Assembly: GCA_050250375.1 (NCBI GenBank)
Contig: JBFWOS010000003.1
Location: 209,284 to 273,283, forward strand
DNA from: Candidatus Omnitrophota bacterium
GTDB lineage: Bacteria; Omnitrophota; Gorgyraeia; Zapsychrales; Zapsychraceae
Direction of reading: 5' to 3'
Length of the DNA stretch: 64,000 bases
Part shown: positions 1 to 11,402 of the stretch, piece after piece
Position numbering within the stretch: position 1 is the first letter of the stretch
Layout: the number at the start of each line of letters is the position of its first letter
Program-made: the position numbers and the translations under genes
Notes under the pieces: generated by a model
Told to the model about the DNA's origin: nothing
What the model saw: the letters and a program-made list of their open reading frames with translations, nothing else
Database searches by the model: none

Positions 1-534
1 ATGGTGCATCGCCAACTCATTGCGGCTAATTTGTTTCTGAACTAAAGGCAGCAGACTAGCCGAATAACGGCCAATCAGCGGTTGATCAATCAAATGGACA
101 GATGCCTCCCCGTTCTCCTTAGCTGAACCATATTCTAAATGGGTCAAAATTGCCGGAGGTATTACCCAATCATCGATTAACAATTCAAAAACTTTTCTGT
201 TAACTGATCCAATATCACAAGGAGAAATAAGGTATTCCGAGTCTAGCCCTGAACTTAACAGCGCTTCTAATCCTCCCAAGGGTCCTCTATCTAATAAATT
301 ATCATTAATTTGGGTGATATGACGTAGGGATTCCGGAACTCCTTGACAATGTCCGACAAAAACAATCTCCCTACAAACTTTACTCAGAGCATTATAAACA
401 TGTTCAACCATCGTCAAACCGTCAGATAAAATAAGCCCTGCCTTGTGACAGCCCATTCTCGAACTATGCCCGCCGCAGAAAATCGCTCCTGTATGCGGCC
501 ATTTAATCGTTGGATACTCAATTAACTTGTTCAT
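1..534 (-). CDS. mobA: Molybdenum cofactor guanylyltransferase (runs off window start)
   Basis: Hand translation from ATG at 534: MNKLIEYPTIKWPHTGAIFCGGHSSRMGCHKAGL...GPLGGLEALL...ISPCDI. Matches MobA motifs (GGxSxRMG..K, GPLGG, PCD). Not in the ORF track because the stop lies outside the window. Confidence 0.85.
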   Translation of the reverse strand, partial: MNKLIEYPTIKWPHTGAIFCGGHSSRMGCHKAGLILSDGLTMVEHVYNALSKVCREIVFVGHCQGVPESLRHITQINDNLLDRGPLGGLEALLSSGLDSEYLISPCDIGSVNRKVFELLIDDWVIPPAILTHLEYGSAKENGEASVHLIDQPLIGRYSASLLPLVQKQISRNELAMHH

Positions 535-1003
535 TTTCTGGTCTCATAACCTGGATTGTTTCAAAGACGGACAAAGCCCCTTCTTTAATGACCTTCGCAT
601 AATAACCACAGCGCCCAAGAATATCATTCTTCAGTCGAGGATCAATGGAATCCAGAACATAACAAGGCTGTCTTACCTTGCTCAATTCGATCTCAACGCC
701 CCCGGAAAACCTCAAACGTGTTCCCGTCGGCAACTGATTAACATTAAGGTTACTCACAGTAAGATTCTCACCGGTGGCACCGGCATAAAGTTTATATCCT
801 GCGTTTCTCAAATCAACCAATTTCTCTATATCCTGAAGGGAAACTGCCTGGATCGGCCGGTAATGTTTTTCGTGGTTATGACCGTCTCCTTGCAGCCCCC
901 CTTCTTTAATTACGACAGATTCAATCGGATACTTAGGGATTCCTCCCCCGGAAACATTGATTGAGATCACCTGCGGCAAATATTTGTCGCTAAACTTTAT
1001 CAT
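518..1003 (-). CDS. MOSC domain protein
   Basis: GGIPK...GLQGD...GENL...RQPCYVLD...RCGYYAKVIKEG are MOSC/YiiM-type motifs; lies next to mobA. Confidence 0.85.
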   Translation of the reverse strand: MIKFSDKYLPQVISINVSGGGIPKYPIESVVIKEGGLQGDGHNHEKHYRPIQAVSLQDIEKLVDLRNAGYKLYAGATGENLTVSNLNVNQLPTGTRLRFSGGVEIELSKVRQPCYVLDSIDPRLKNDILGRCGYYAKVIKEGALSVFETIQVMRPENEQVN

Positions 1004-1018
1004 TACACTTTACCCTGC

Positions 1019-2353
1019 CTAAAATGATACGGTTGTTTCCACATAAAAATAATCGGCATCATCCGCTTTCCCGGTTTCCTTTAAGAAATCACCGGCGAAG
1101 AAATGAGAAACTCCCCCGATGACATTTAAATAATCATTCACTTTGTATTTCACGAGAAAATCAAGTTCATTCCCGACATGTTCGTCCGCTCCGGCTGTAG
1201 ATGCCGTCCGGATCGGCGCACGTCCGGCTGAGTACAATGAATCCATTGAAGTATCCAGAAAGAGAAAATGAAGATCAGACTGCACCTGTATTTTCTTGGT
1301 CGGCTTTGCCGAAATTTGCAATTTATAATTATTTATATTTTGCAAACTGGCCCTGTCCATGTATCCATAAAATAAATGATTTGTCGGATAAAGGTTGTTG
1401 AATGTATTTAACTCATCATCTGTCCGGTCATCGTCTCCCGACCCGTAATTATACTCAAAGGCCACCCGTGGTTTCCAGGTGAAATCGGCAAAGGTGTAAC
1501 CAAGAACAGCGACCGCCATTTGGGCGTCAACATCCAAAGCCCCGAACTCTCCCCATTGTTTAGCGGCTTCAAATTCATAATCAAAATTGGTGTCTTTAAT
1601 TTTACCAACAATCCGGCCTCCGATTGTGTATACATCCGTATTCGCGGCCCCACTCGGCCCAAAAGAAACATTCGTGTTAACAAACCGTTTGATAAAATAC
1701 TGTTCGATCGTTATATTCTCAATTCCTTTATATGTAGCGTAATACCCCCCCATTTCATCCTTGGTGCTGTTATCAAACCACTGGTTAAAGTCCCGCGGAG
1801 TTTGATTGGGAGTCTTAGTTCCGCCAAACCCGTCGATGCTCAATTTATATTCAGAAAAATTCAACATGATTTTTCCTGCCTCAAACGTCTGCGCGATATT
1901 AGACCAGTTAAACCCGCCGATAAGACGCTGGGCTCCATACGAGAGTTCCTGGCGGCCTAATCGAAAGCCGATATCGGGGATCAATTCGTCCTCGAATTTC
2001 AAAATGTCTTTCAACTCAATATAACCCTGACGGATCTCGGCATAATCTTCATTCCCTGCCTTACTGCCTTTGTCCTGATCCCAAACCCGGGCATCCTGGA
2101 ATTGAACGAAAAGCTTTGTCTGATCGGTCGGGATTAATTGCAGATTGACCCTGGTCCTAAATAAACTAAACGCATCCTGTCCGTCAACCGTATCATTAAA
2201 ATCAAAATTATCCTGATTCTCAAAGCGGTGGCGCACCTCTACATCCAGTTTAACCCATTTGGGCAGGTGTTTGTTTATGTACTCCCCTGCCAGGGCTGAC
2301 TTTGAAATCAAAATCATCATCATAGACAAAAATATTATTTGTACGTTTCTCAT
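1019..2353 (-). CDS. Alginate-export family outer-membrane beta-barrel (putative nitrate porin)
   Basis: Signal peptide, GRQELSYGAQRLIG, SGDD..TFNNLYPTNH motifs, C-terminal Phe; within the nitrate cluster. Confidence 0.8.
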   Translation of the reverse strand: MRNVQIIFLSMMMILISKSALAGEYINKHLPKWVKLDVEVRHRFENQDNFDFNDTVDGQDAFSLFRTRVNLQLIPTDQTKLFVQFQDARVWDQDKGSKAGNEDYAEIRQGYIELKDILKFEDELIPDIGFRLGRQELSYGAQRLIGGFNWSNIAQTFEAGKIMLNFSEYKLSIDGFGGTKTPNQTPRDFNQWFDNSTKDEMGGYYATYKGIENITIEQYFIKRFVNTNVSFGPSGAANTDVYTIGGRIVGKIKDTNFDYEFEAAKQWGEFGALDVDAQMAVAVLGYTFADFTWKPRVAFEYNYGSGDDDRTDDELNTFNNLYPTNHLFYGYMDRASLQNINNYKLQISAKPTKKIQVQSDLHFLFLDTSMDSLYSAGRAPIRTASTAGADEHVGNELDFLVKYKVNDYLNVIGGVSHFFAGDFLKETGKADDADYFYVETTVSF

Positions 2354-2398
2354 TTTGTACCTTTCTATCCCTCCTTATTGTTGGTTGTTAGGATTAAT

Positions 2399-4612
2399 TT
2401 AATAGTTCAATATCGACACCCTCGCTGCACATGTTTTATAAGAAGGCTGGCGGGAATAGGGATCAAAAGACGGGAAGGTCAGTTTGTTCGTTTCATCATA
2501 ATGCATCGGCAAAAATATTTGCCCCTCTCTTACCGTCGGGATAATGGAGGCCTGGGCCCGTACCTTGCCACGCCGTGTGCTCACGTAAACCCATTGATTC
2601 TGGTTAATATCGAGTGATCGTGCATCCCGGGGATTAATCTCGACATAAATATGTTTCGGATACATTTTCCTGAGCACCGCTGATTTCCCTGTCCGCGTTT
2701 GGGTATGCCATTGGGATGAAGTCCCTCGTCCGGTCAGGAGTTCAAAGGGATAGTATTCACACGGCGATTCAGGCTTTTCTTTAACTTCCTCGAAAATTAT
2801 TTTAGCCTTGCCGTCAGGGTGATAAAACAACCCGTCTTCAAATAACCGGCGTTCAGTCTTAAAATCGGCTTCACCTTCTTTCAACGGCCATTGAACACCT
2901 CCTTTTTCATCAAGCATTTTGTAATCAATAATTCCGGTCATATCACACGGCTGGCCTTTACTGAGTTTCTTTAATGTTTGGAATACATCTTCCGGTGTAT
3001 TCCAATTTTTGAACATATCGGCGCATCCCCAATAATCCGCAATTAATTTAAAAATATAAAAATCAGCTAAAGCCTGGCCGGGAGCCTGCGAGATATTCTT
3101 GATCAATCCAACCCGTCTTTCAGAATTAATAAACGTCCCCTCCTTCTCCCCCCAGCCTGCGGCCGGAAGGATCAGGTGCGCCAACCGGGCGGTCTCGGTC
3201 GTATGATACATATCCTGGACGACAAGAAAATCCAATTTTTTGACGATTGATTTAAATTCATTTTGATTGATCCAGGAATGCGCCGGGTTGGTCGCAATGA
3301 CCCACAATCCTTTTATCTTGCCCTGCGCGATGCCTTCAATAATCTGGTCATAGGCCCGGCTTTTCTTCGTTGGGATCAAGTTTTCATCAATACCCAGAAT
3401 CGAAGAAACCTTTTGACGGTGACTGGTGTCCAGAAAATCATATCCCCCCAGCAGGTTTGTCGTATTGCTGTATAATCTTGACCCCATCGCGTTGCATTGT
3501 CCGGTGATTGAGTTTGCCCCCGTACCTGGACGGCCGATATTCCCCGTGATCAGGGCCAGATTAATAATGGCTTGCGCCGTCCTCACCCCTTCATAACTCT
3601 GGTTCACCCCCATGGTCCACCAGAAGGAAACCCGTTTCCCCTGGAAAATCATTTCAGCTAATTCTTGAATATCTTTACTTGTCAAACCTGAAACTTGGGA
3701 AACTTTCTCGACCGTAAATGCTTGAACAGATTTTTTAAATTCCTGAAACCCGTTTGTATGGTGTTTAATATATTTTGTGTCGATCCATCCGTTCGTGATG
3801 AGGATATTCGCCAAACCGTAATACAGCGTTAAATCTGACTTAGGTTTGATTGCATAATGATGCGTGGCCGCCATAGCGGTTTCAGTCTTACGCGGATCAA
3901 TAACAATAATCTTAGGCTGATGTTTGTTCATCATGACGCGTTCCCACATGATCGGATGGGCTATACACGGATTTGCTCCGACAAAAATTAACGTATCAGA
4001 TTCCTCAAAATCAAGATAGGTATACGGCGGGGCATCAAAACCGAAAGATTCTTTATAGGCTGTCGCCGCTGTGGCCATGCATTGGCGCGTATTCGAATCA
4101 CCGTGGATAAATCCCATGCCGAATTTAGTCAACGCCCCCAATAAAGCCATCTCTTCTATCGGGAACTGTCCGGTACTTAAAAACGCGACACTCTCGTTTC
4201 CATATTGATGTTTAATTTTGACAAACCGGTTTACAAATTCGTTGAGAGCCGTTCCCCAATCCACCGCCTGTAATTGACCTTGTTGATTTCTTAAATATGG
4301 ACTTTGGGCCCGGTCGTGGGCTTTAAGCGGGGTTAACGCCTCCCATCCCTTCGGACAGGCCTCACCTAAATTGACCGGATAACTTCTAGTCGGTGTAATA
4401 TTGACCGGGGTATTGTTTTTGATATGAACATCCAGACTGCAGCCGGTTGAACAATAACCGCAAATCAGCCTGGATACGGTATCCGGCATTAACCGCTGGG
4501 GTAATTTACCTAAACCGAGGGCCGACTCCTCAAGGCGCAAATCCTGAGTCAAGGGGCCGTCCTTTTGATGGATCAAATCCTTTATATTTTTGAACGAAAG
4601 GTTCATTCTCAT
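2399..4612 (-). CDS. nasA: Assimilatory nitrate reductase catalytic subunit (Mo-bis-PGD, NasA/NarB type)
   Basis: CGYCSTGC...CPKG 4Fe-4S motif; [11 protein letters not shown] (Cys-Met as in nitrate reductases, not the Cys/Sec-His of FDH); TGQCNAMG; [14 protein letters not shown]; no Tat signal. Confidence 0.85.
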   Translation of the reverse strand: MRMNLSFKNIKDLIHQKDGPLTQDLRLEESALGLGKLPQRLMPDTVSRLICGYCSTGCSLDVHIKNNTPVNITPTRSYPVNLGEACPKGWEALTPLKAHDRAQSPYLRNQQGQLQAVDWGTALNEFVNRFVKIKHQYGNESVAFLSTGQFPIEEMALLGALTKFGMGFIHGDSNTRQCMATAATAYKESFGFDAPPYTYLDFEESDTLIFVGANPCIAHPIMWERVMMNKHQPKIIVIDPRKTETAMAATHHYAIKPKSDLTLYYGLANILITNGWIDTKYIKHHTNGFQEFKKSVQAFTVEKVSQVSGLTSKDIQELAEMIFQGKRVSFWWTMGVNQSYEGVRTAQAIINLALITGNIGRPGTGANSITGQCNAMGSRLYSNTTNLLGGYDFLDTSHRQKVSSILGIDENLIPTKKSRAYDQIIEGIAQGKIKGLWVIATNPAHSWINQNEFKSIVKKLDFLVVQDMYHTTETARLAHLILPAAGWGEKEGTFINSERRVGLIKNISQAPGQALADFYIFKLIADYWGCADMFKNWNTPEDVFQTLKKLSKGQPCDMTGIIDYKMLDEKGGVQWPLKEGEADFKTERRLFEDGLFYHPDGKAKIIFEEVKEKPESPCEYYPFELLTGRGTSSQWHTQTRTGKSAVLRKMYPKHIYVEINPRDARSLDINQNQWVYVSTRRGKVRAQASIIPTVREGQIFLPMHYDETNKLTFPSFDPYSRQPSYKTCAARVSILNY

Positions 4613-6276
4613 GAAAGCTGACCTCCGGGCATTTTCAAAGGAACCACCGCTTTAAAAAAAAGCAGCCGTTCAAACAGTTCAGCCCCTAAATTCAGACTGA
4701 AAATCAAAAATCCACCGGTTACGATCCACCCTGAAGAGATGTTGTCATTCAGGCTGAGAAAAAACAACGGCAGCAGGATCCCACCGGAAACGCCCAGGGC
4801 AAAACGCAAATATGTATAACCACGCAATTGCTGTATCATTAACAACGCGGTCTTTTTAATGAAAGTCAAATCACCCTTAGTCAGAGAAATAAAAACAACC
4901 GATTCAATCATAAGTTTTAATATCGTCATGACGAGAATGGCCAGACAAAATGTTTTCCCGAATGCGTCAACGATGATAAAGGTTGAAATCTTTTGAGATA
5001 CAAGAGAAACAAGAATCGCTGAAAAGAATATTGTTGAAAATCCCAGGATTCCCATCGTCATAAAAAACTTGGCGGTCGTATAGTTATTGTCCCAAAACGG
5101 CCGGCGGGTATCTTTATAAACCTTTACAGAACAATAAATCCCCAACATCCCAAAACCGGTAATAAAAAACGACAGCGCGTCAACAAATCCATCCCCTAAA
5201 ATTGAACCGATGACATTTGCGACCTTGGGAACCATCAGACAAACCGCGTACAAGACGGCTGATTTGGCAAATAGTCCGAAGGCCAGAATTTCCCGGCTCA
5301 GCCATGAAGTTTTTAGTCCCAAAATAGCCCGAAACGCATATTGCGGCCGTCCTAGATGCATAATGCTTGCTCCCAGCGCAAATAATCCGATGAATAAAGC
5401 AAAAAAAGTGTGATACTTATGCGTGAGCACATTGAGCGAAGGGTCTATGAATTTCGTTAATAAAATCTCGGCAAAGAAAGCTCCGACCGACAGTTGGGTC
5501 AAAACCAGCATAAAAACCAGAGGCAGGTGGGAATGCTCAGGCTTGATATGAAAATAATCATTCGAAACCATATTATCCGGAAAGCGCCTGTTTGTTTTAT
5601 ACCGGGTACTCGGATATGTATAATCGGATGCCGGTGCATCCGGAACTTTTACATAGTCTGAAGGATTTTTTTTAAGATCTTTCTTGTCAACAATGGTGAT
5701 CCTGATCGCACCGGTTGGACAAGCGCGGACACAGGCCGGAGCCTGACCGACATTCAACCGGCTGATACACATATCACATTTATGGACAATCCCTTTGCTC
5801 TTGTTGTATTTGGGCACTTCATACGGGCATTTTAATATGCAATACTGGCAGCCAAAACATTGGTCTTCCAGATGTTTGACTACCCCCGTCACGGTATCTT
5901 TTTCATACGCTTTCGTCGGACATCCATGCATACAAGCCGGTTCAGCGCAGTGATGACAGGCGGTCGTGATGTGCTGTATCGCGGGATTGGCACTTGTCCC
6001 TCCCTGAATCAGGCCGACAGACCGCCATGTTTCATCCGGGTCAAGTCCGTTTTCATTATGGCAAGCCGTCACACAGGCCTTGCAGCCCGTGCACTTATCC
6101 AAATCCACTTCAAAGGCATATTGCTGACCTTCCTGCGGCAGCTTTCCCGGCAAAAGTTCAGTATAATATTTCTCGCCTTTTTCAAATCCGTTTAAGTCGT
6201 GTTTGACCGAAAAATTCTCTACGGCGCTGAGTAAAGCCTGTCGGTCTAGGTATTGGTCGATTAATTTCTGGCTCAT
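4609..6276 (-). CDS. 4Fe-4S dicluster protein fused to DmsC/NrfD-type membrane anchor
   Basis: Four Cys clusters ([50 protein letters not shown]) followed by about 8 TM helices with [26 protein letters not shown]. Confidence 0.85.
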   Translation of the reverse strand: MSQKLIDQYLDRQALLSAVENFSVKHDLNGFEKGEKYYTELLPGKLPQEGQQYAFEVDLDKCTGCKACVTACHNENGLDPDETWRSVGLIQGGTSANPAIQHITTACHHCAEPACMHGCPTKAYEKDTVTGVVKHLEDQCFGCQYCILKCPYEVPKYNKSKGIVHKCDMCISRLNVGQAPACVRACPTGAIRITIVDKKDLKKNPSDYVKVPDAPASDYTYPSTRYKTNRRFPDNMVSNDYFHIKPEHSHLPLVFMLVLTQLSVGAFFAEILLTKFIDPSLNVLTHKYHTFFALFIGLFALGASIMHLGRPQYAFRAILGLKTSWLSREILAFGLFAKSAVLYAVCLMVPKVANVIGSILGDGFVDALSFFITGFGMLGIYCSVKVYKDTRRPFWDNNYTTAKFFMTMGILGFSTIFFSAILVSLVSQKISTFIIVDAFGKTFCLAILVMTILKLMIESVVFISLTKGDLTFIKKTALLMIQQLRGYTYLRFALGVSGGILLPLFFLSLNDNISSGWIVTGGFLIFSLNLGAELFERLLFFKAVVPLKMPGGQLS

Positions 6277-6278
6277 GG

Positions 6279-6650
6279 TTAATTATTTAGAGTGCTGTGG
6301 ATATTTCCGTCGTGAATGTATAACGGGGTGTATTGGATTAACACATTCCCATGTTCAACCCAGGCGTTTAAAACTTTAAGATGCATAGGATTGTTATTCC
6401 CTTCTCCGGTAAACAGATCAAAACAAAACGATGTTTTTTTAGAAACCAATTCATCATCTTTGATGACACAATCGCTGACAAGTTCATCGGCCGCCAAAGA
6501 TTTGTTTTCATAACAATAAACTTTTTCCATCGGGCTTCTGAAGATGACAACCGGCTGCCCCTTAACTTGAAAAACGGTCCCTTCGTTGACGGGAATCTGA
6601 CTGAACTGACCGAGGTTGATTATAAGTGTTTTGACCATATGATCTCTCAA
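6279..6650 (-). CDS. Rieske/NirD-fold protein lacking the 2Fe-2S ligands
   Basis: IPVNEGTVFQVKGQPVVIFR...VYCYEN...FDLFTGE...LKVLNAWVEHGNVLI follows the NirD scaffold but has no CxH or CxxH. Confidence 0.65.
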   Translation of the reverse strand: MRDHMVKTLIINLGQFSQIPVNEGTVFQVKGQPVVIFRSPMEKVYCYENKSLAADELVSDCVIKDDELVSKKTSFCFDLFTGEGNNNPMHLKVLNAWVEHGNVLIQYTPLYIHDGNIHSTLNN

Positions 6651-6652
6651 AC

Positions 6653-7561
6653 TTAAACGGCTAAAGTAAAATTTTTTTGTTGGGGTTCCATTCGTTCACG
6701 TGTCTTCTCCCTCTCCACGTCTTGAGACACCGGGTTGCTTTCAACTTCAAGATTGCTTTTATCATCATCCTTCTTTTCGTTTTCAATACCCTCTAAAAAG
6801 TTCATCAAATACCCCCGGTATTTGTAATAGTCCGGATGCTGGATGACTTCTTTTTTTATCCGTGGTCTCGGGAAATCAACTTTTAACACATCTCCGACCT
6901 TCGCATAGGGTCCGCTGGTCATCATAATGACCCGGTCGGATAACAGCAGGGATTCGTCGACATCGTGGGTAACGATAATCGCCGTGATTTTTTCCCTTGT
7001 CCATACTTCCAGTAAAACTTTCTGAAGTTCAGCTCGGGTTAACGAATCAAGCATGCCGAACGGTTCATCCAGCAGTAGCAATTTCGGTTTTAAAGCAAAT
7101 GCCCGGGCTATGCCGACACGCTGCTTCATCCCCGTTGATAGTTCGGCGGCCTTTTTATTAAAGCTGTCACCCAGCCCGACTTTATTCAAATAGTATTTGC
7201 ATATATCCATCTGCTGCGCTTTAGTGGCATGCCTGAAAACCTGCTGGACCCCTAAAAGGACATTTTCTAATGCGGTCATCCAGGGGAACAAACTGGGGGA
7301 TTGAAAAACGACGCCCCGGTCCGGACCGGCCGACGTAATCTCAATGCCCGCCAGAGAAATTACTCCGGATGAAATTTTATTTAATCCTGCGACCATGGAT
7401 AAGGCCGTTGACTTACCACACCCTGAGTGCCCGATAATGGACACAAATTCACCTTTGGCTATTTTAAGATTAAAGTTTTCCAGAACCACGTACGGCCCTT
7501 TCTGGCTTTGGTACACTTTTGAAATATTCTGAAAATGAAGATAATCGTCTTCTATGATCAC
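6653..7561 (-). CDS. nrtD: Nitrate ABC transporter ATP-binding protein (NrtD-like)
   Basis: Walker A GHSGCGKS, GPDRGVVFQ, LSTGMKQRV, LLLDEPFG. Confidence 0.8.
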   Translation of the reverse strand: MIIEDDYLHFQNISKVYQSQKGPYVVLENFNLKIAKGEFVSIIGHSGCGKSTALSMVAGLNKISSGVISLAGIEITSAGPDRGVVFQSPSLFPWMTALENVLLGVQQVFRHATKAQQMDICKYYLNKVGLGDSFNKKAAELSTGMKQRVGIARAFALKPKLLLLDEPFGMLDSLTRAELQKVLLEVWTREKITAIIVTHDVDESLLLSDRVIMMTSGPYAKVGDVLKVDFPRPRIKKEVIQHPDYYKYRGYLMNFLEGIENEKKDDDKSNLEVESNPVSQDVEREKTRERMEPQQKNFTLAV

Positions 7562-7575
7562 AACCCCTCCTAACT

Positions 7576-8457
7576 TTATTGTGCTTTATATGTATCGTAA
7601 TACAACAAACTCTTCGAGAGTCTTAAATCCAGCGGCTGAATGTCGGGTAATTCAAACTCTTCTTCAAGAACATTTACCCCGGAATCTTGTTTGATATCAA
7701 TCAAATATTTTGTAATGTCGTTTCTTAATTTCTTAAACCGTTCATGATGGTTCATTTCGGTTGCCCGTCGCGGCCTGGGGATATCAACGACGAAGGCAGG
7801 CCCAAGAGTGGCGTTCGGACCGGGATTCAGCGGAATGATCCGGTCGGCCAATAAAAGGCCTTCATCGACATCATTAGTGATTAATATGACCGTTCTTTTG
7901 TCCCGGCTCCAAATGTTCTCTATTTCTATCTGCAGAGTTCCCCGTGTTAACGCATCGAGCGCGCTCAACGGTTCATCCAGCAGAAGAATCTCCGGCTGCA
8001 TGGCCAGGGCCCTCGCCACCGAAACGCGCTGGCGCATCCCGCCTGACAATTCTCCCGGACGTTTGTCCATTGCCGGAGTCAGGTTGACCATTTCAATGTA
8101 TTTTCTGACATGCTCAGACCGGCGTTTTGAATCCCAATCAGGAAATACAGTATTAACACCGATCGCGACATTGCCTTCGACGGTTAACCAGGGCAGGAGA
8201 GAATAATTCTGAAAAACAATCCCTCGGTCAGGTCCTGGGCCTTCAATGGGTTTTCCTTTTAACAGCATCTCGCCGGAATCAGGCTTAAGCAGACCGGCCA
8301 GTAATGAAATAAGCGTAGTTTTACCGCTGCCGGAAAATCCGATAATCACAAGAAACTCCCCTTCCTGAACCTTAAGGTTTATCTTGTCGAGAACTTCCGT
8401 CCTGTTTTTTGAATCTCCGTATCCTTTGGAGATATTCTTTAATTCCAAAAAAGCCAT
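7576..8457 (-). CDS. nrtC: Nitrate ABC transporter ATP-binding protein (NrtC-like)
   Basis: Walker [40 protein letters not shown]. Confidence 0.8.
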   Translation of the reverse strand: MAFLELKNISKGYGDSKNRTEVLDKINLKVQEGEFLVIIGFSGSGKTTLISLLAGLLKPDSGEMLLKGKPIEGPGPDRGIVFQNYSLLPWLTVEGNVAIGVNTVFPDWDSKRRSEHVRKYIEMVNLTPAMDKRPGELSGGMRQRVSVARALAMQPEILLLDEPLSALDALTRGTLQIEIENIWSRDKRTVILITNDVDEGLLLADRIIPLNPGPNATLGPAFVVDIPRPRRATEMNHHERFKKLRNDITKYLIDIKQDSGVNVLEEEFELPDIQPLDLRLSKSLLYYDTYKAQ

Positions 8458-8467
8458 ACAAACTCCT

Positions 8468-9490
8468 TTATGCTGAAATGGGACCTTTTGAAAAACTGAC
8501 TGCCCTTTGGAACATGATCATAATCCGGTCAAGCATGAAGCCGATAATCCCGATAACAAAAACAGCCACCATGATCCTGGCTAACGAATGACTGCTCCCA
8601 TTTTGAAACTCGTCCCAGACAAACTTGCCTAATCCGGGATTTTGGGCGAGCATTTCCGCGGCAATCAAGACCATCCATCCCACCCCTAAAGAAATCCGCA
8701 AACCTGTAAAAATAAGAGGCAGCGACGCCGGCAGGACAATCTTGAATATCTTAGAAAATACTCCCAACTGCAGGACCCGGGCCACATTGATATAATCTTT
8801 ATCAATGGACGCCACGCCTAGCGCTGTGTTTAACAATGCCGGCCAAAGGGAACACAAAGAAACCGTAATCGCCGAATTGATAAATGATTTTTCGAACATC
8901 CCGTTTTTGGTCGTATACACCGCGCTGACGATCATGGTGACAATCGGCAGCCAGGCCAACGGTGAAACAGGTTTAAAGATCTGAATCAATGGATTTAAGG
9001 CCGTCATAAAAGTCCGGCTGATCCCGCACAAGATCCCGACCGGAACCGCAATAGCGGCAGCAATAATAAATCCGACAAAGACCGTTACTAAACTTGTACG
9101 GATTTGTTTGAGAAAAGTCGGCTTACCCGTGTACTTCCTCACTTTTATTTCGGCATCAGGATTTTTTTGCAATTTTTCAACATTACGTTTTTCCTGCTGC
9201 TGATAAAACTCCTTCTCCTTGAGTTTTTCCTGACTATGTTCCGCCATAAGCTGTTTTCCAGCTTCAAAAACCTGTATTGGCCCAGGGACTTCCCCCAGGC
9301 TGGTTTGGATACGTGAGGCCGATGCTCCCCACAATACCAAAAACACCATTATAGCCACGAGCGGAACACCGATCATCGCCCACATTTCTTTAAATTGTTC
9401 CTTAGGACTCTCCCCTGTTAACAAGCGGATTACTGGGATGGGCCATGTAAACCCGGCTAAGTCCAATGCGTTGATCACTTTATTCTTCAT
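8468..9490 (-). CDS. nrtB: Nitrate ABC transporter permease (NrtB-like)
   Basis: [48 protein letters not shown]. Confidence 0.85.
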   Translation of the reverse strand: MKNKVINALDLAGFTWPIPVIRLLTGESPKEQFKEMWAMIGVPLVAIMVFLVLWGASASRIQTSLGEVPGPIQVFEAGKQLMAEHSQEKLKEKEFYQQQEKRNVEKLQKNPDAEIKVRKYTGKPTFLKQIRTSLVTVFVGFIIAAAIAVPVGILCGISRTFMTALNPLIQIFKPVSPLAWLPIVTMIVSAVYTTKNGMFEKSFINSAITVSLCSLWPALLNTALGVASIDKDYINVARVLQLGVFSKIFKIVLPASLPLIFTGLRISLGVGWMVLIAAEMLAQNPGLGKFVWDEFQNGSSHSLARIMVAVFVIGIIGFMLDRIMIMFQRAVSFSKGPISA

Positions 9491-9510
9491 GACGAATTAT
9501 TCTCCTTCGT

Positions 9511-10884
9511 TTAAATCTTGTCTTTATTGCCAATCGTGAATTTGTTGAGATATTCATTCGGCTTTTTACCGTCATAAATAATCCCGTCGATAAAATCTCC
9601 CGTGGCTTCTTTGAAGCCATCAGTCTGGGGAATATCTTCAGCGTTAATTTTTCCTTCCTTTAACAATTCAGCAGAGGCAGCCTGCCATACTTCCGGCATG
9701 TAAATACTCTTTGCTGTCTCCAGATACCAGGAATCCGTCTGCGCTTCAGTAATCTGTCCCCAACGTCTCATTTGAGTTAAGAACCAGACGGCATCGCTGT
9801 AGAAAGGATATGTCGCATGATAACGGTAGAATACGTTGAAATCCGGCATTGATCTTTTATCGCCCTTTTCAAATTCGAATGATCCGGTCATGCTGTTGGC
9901 GATGACTTCGTAATCTGCGCCGACATATTCAGGTTTAGACAATATCTTCGCAGCCTCCGCCCTATTTTTTCCATTATCTTCATCCAGCCATTGCCCTGCT
10001 CTGATCAGCGCTTTTACAACGGCGATATGAGTATTTGGATTCTTATCTGCCCATTCTTTTGTCACCCCAAACACTTTCTCAGGATTATTTTTCCAAATAT
10101 CGTAATTTGTTACGACCGGAACGCCAATACCTTTGAATACCGCCTGCTGGTTCCATGGCTCTCCGACGCAATACCCGTAAATGGTCCCAGCTTCCAACGT
10201 TGCGGGCATTTGCGGCGGCGGCGTCACGGATAAAAGCACATCTGCATTGGTCGTTCCCGTGATATCTTCTTTTGTATAAAATCCCGGTTTAATACCGGCG
10301 GCAGCCAGCCAATACCGGATTTCATAATTATGAGTCGAGACAGGAAAGACCATGCCCATTTTAAATTCTTTACCGGCGGCACGATATTTTTCAACAATTG
10401 GTTTAAGCGCATCCGCTTTGATCGGATGAACCGGTTTTCCATTTTCCATAGGGATGTGCTGTTTCATTTCGCTCCAGATATCATTGGAGACGGTGATTCC
10501 ATTTCCATTCAAATCCATACTGAACGCCGTTACAATATGGGCTTTGGTACCGAATCCGATGGTTGCGCCAATTGGCTGGCCGGCCAGCATATGTGCTCCG
10601 TCCAGCTCACCATCAATGACCCGGTCCAAGAGGACCTTCCAATTGGCCTGGGCTTCCAGCGTGACATAAAGGCCTTCATCATCAAAAAAACCCTTCTCCT
10701 TCGCAATAGCCAGCGGGGCCATATCCGTAAGTTTAATAAATCCGAACTTCAACTCATCCTTTTCAAGTTCTCCGTCGGCAAAGACCGGATGCACAATTAA
10801 CCCAGCCAGTAGGGCTCCCAAAATGACATTCTTGAAGGTAAGCTTTCTTAAAAAATCTATGTAATTTATTCTTTTCATATTCAC
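9511..10884 (-). CDS. nrtA: Nitrate ABC transporter substrate-binding protein (NrtA/CmpA family)
   Basis: Signal peptide, [49 protein letters not shown]. Confidence 0.88.
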   Translation of the reverse strand: MNMKRINYIDFLRKLTFKNVILGALLAGLIVHPVFADGELEKDELKFGFIKLTDMAPLAIAKEKGFFDDEGLYVTLEAQANWKVLLDRVIDGELDGAHMLAGQPIGATIGFGTKAHIVTAFSMDLNGNGITVSNDIWSEMKQHIPMENGKPVHPIKADALKPIVEKYRAAGKEFKMGMVFPVSTHNYEIRYWLAAAGIKPGFYTKEDITGTTNADVLLSVTPPPQMPATLEAGTIYGYCVGEPWNQQAVFKGIGVPVVTNYDIWKNNPEKVFGVTKEWADKNPNTHIAVVKALIRAGQWLDEDNGKNRAEAAKILSKPEYVGADYEVIANSMTGSFEFEKGDKRSMPDFNVFYRYHATYPFYSDAVWFLTQMRRWGQITEAQTDSWYLETAKSIYMPEVWQAASAELLKEGKINAEDIPQTDGFKEATGDFIDGIIYDGKKPNEYLNKFTIGNKDKI

Positions 10885-10901
10885 TCCGATCGGATTATTT
10901 T

Positions 10902-11045
10902 TTAGTTAAGAATTAGTTTAAAATTGCAATCTTTGTAATGGAACAATAGGTAATATAAAAAGTTCTCTTCCTGATCTAACGGACCTACCCCACGCTCAAG
11001 TTCAATTAATTTCTTAATTCGTGTTTTAGATGACATTGACTTCAT
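10902..11045 (-). CDS. Small hypothetical protein (47 aa) between nirD and nrtA
   Basis: GAGGAGG-tataacc-ATG, then [47 protein letters not shown]. Fills the intergenic gap; below the ORF-track cutoff. Confidence 0.5.
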   Translation of the reverse strand: MKSMSSKTRIKKLIELERGVGPLDQEENFLYYLLFHYKDCNFKLILN

Positions 11046-11069
11046 GGTTATACCTCCTCGCTGATTAGG

Positions 11070-11402
11070 CTAAATCATATTTAAATAAATCTCATCATTT
11101 TCAATCTTGACCGGGTATGTTCTCAAAGTCCAATCCTGGTTTCCTCCCAAATGTTTGCCGGTTTTCAGAGAAAACGAGTTTTTATGTAACGGACAGGCGA
11201 TCTTCGGTTCCCCCTGGTCTTCACCGGTTAACCCCCGGGATAAAACACTTTGTTTTTTATGCGGACAGGTGTTTTGAACGGCATACCATTCGTTCTGGCT
11301 TTCAAAATTAAAAATTGCGATTTGAAGCTCCCCGACCTTGACGCAACTTCCGCCGTTGCGAAGGACATCTTCTTTCTTACATACTTTCACCCATTCAGAC
11401 AT
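11070..11402 (-). CDS. nirD: Nitrite reductase (NADH) small subunit
   Basis: YAVQNTCPH..SVLSRG...IACPLHKNSFSLKTG; overlaps the nirB stop. Confidence 0.92.
   Translation of the reverse strand: MSEWVKVCKKEDVLRNGGSCVKVGELQIAIFNFESQNEWYAVQNTCPHKKQSVLSRGLTGEDQGEPKIACPLHKNSFSLKTGKHLGGNQDWTLRTYPVKIENDEIYLNMI

Noticed and set aside
2399-4612. Formate dehydrogenase or selenoprotein
   Set aside because: The Mo-ligand motif is RQCM with an ordinary Cys codon; there is no in-frame TGA and no Cys/Sec-His motif.
9511-10884. NrtA-family gene as the cytoplasmic nitrate sensor NasS
   Set aside because: It has a signal peptide and is followed by permease and ATPase genes, so it is the transporter's binding protein.
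10922-10940. Possible extra ANTAR hairpin (AAAGAU loop) before nrtA
   Set aside because: The stem pairs poorly, and there is no partner hairpin or overlapping terminator.
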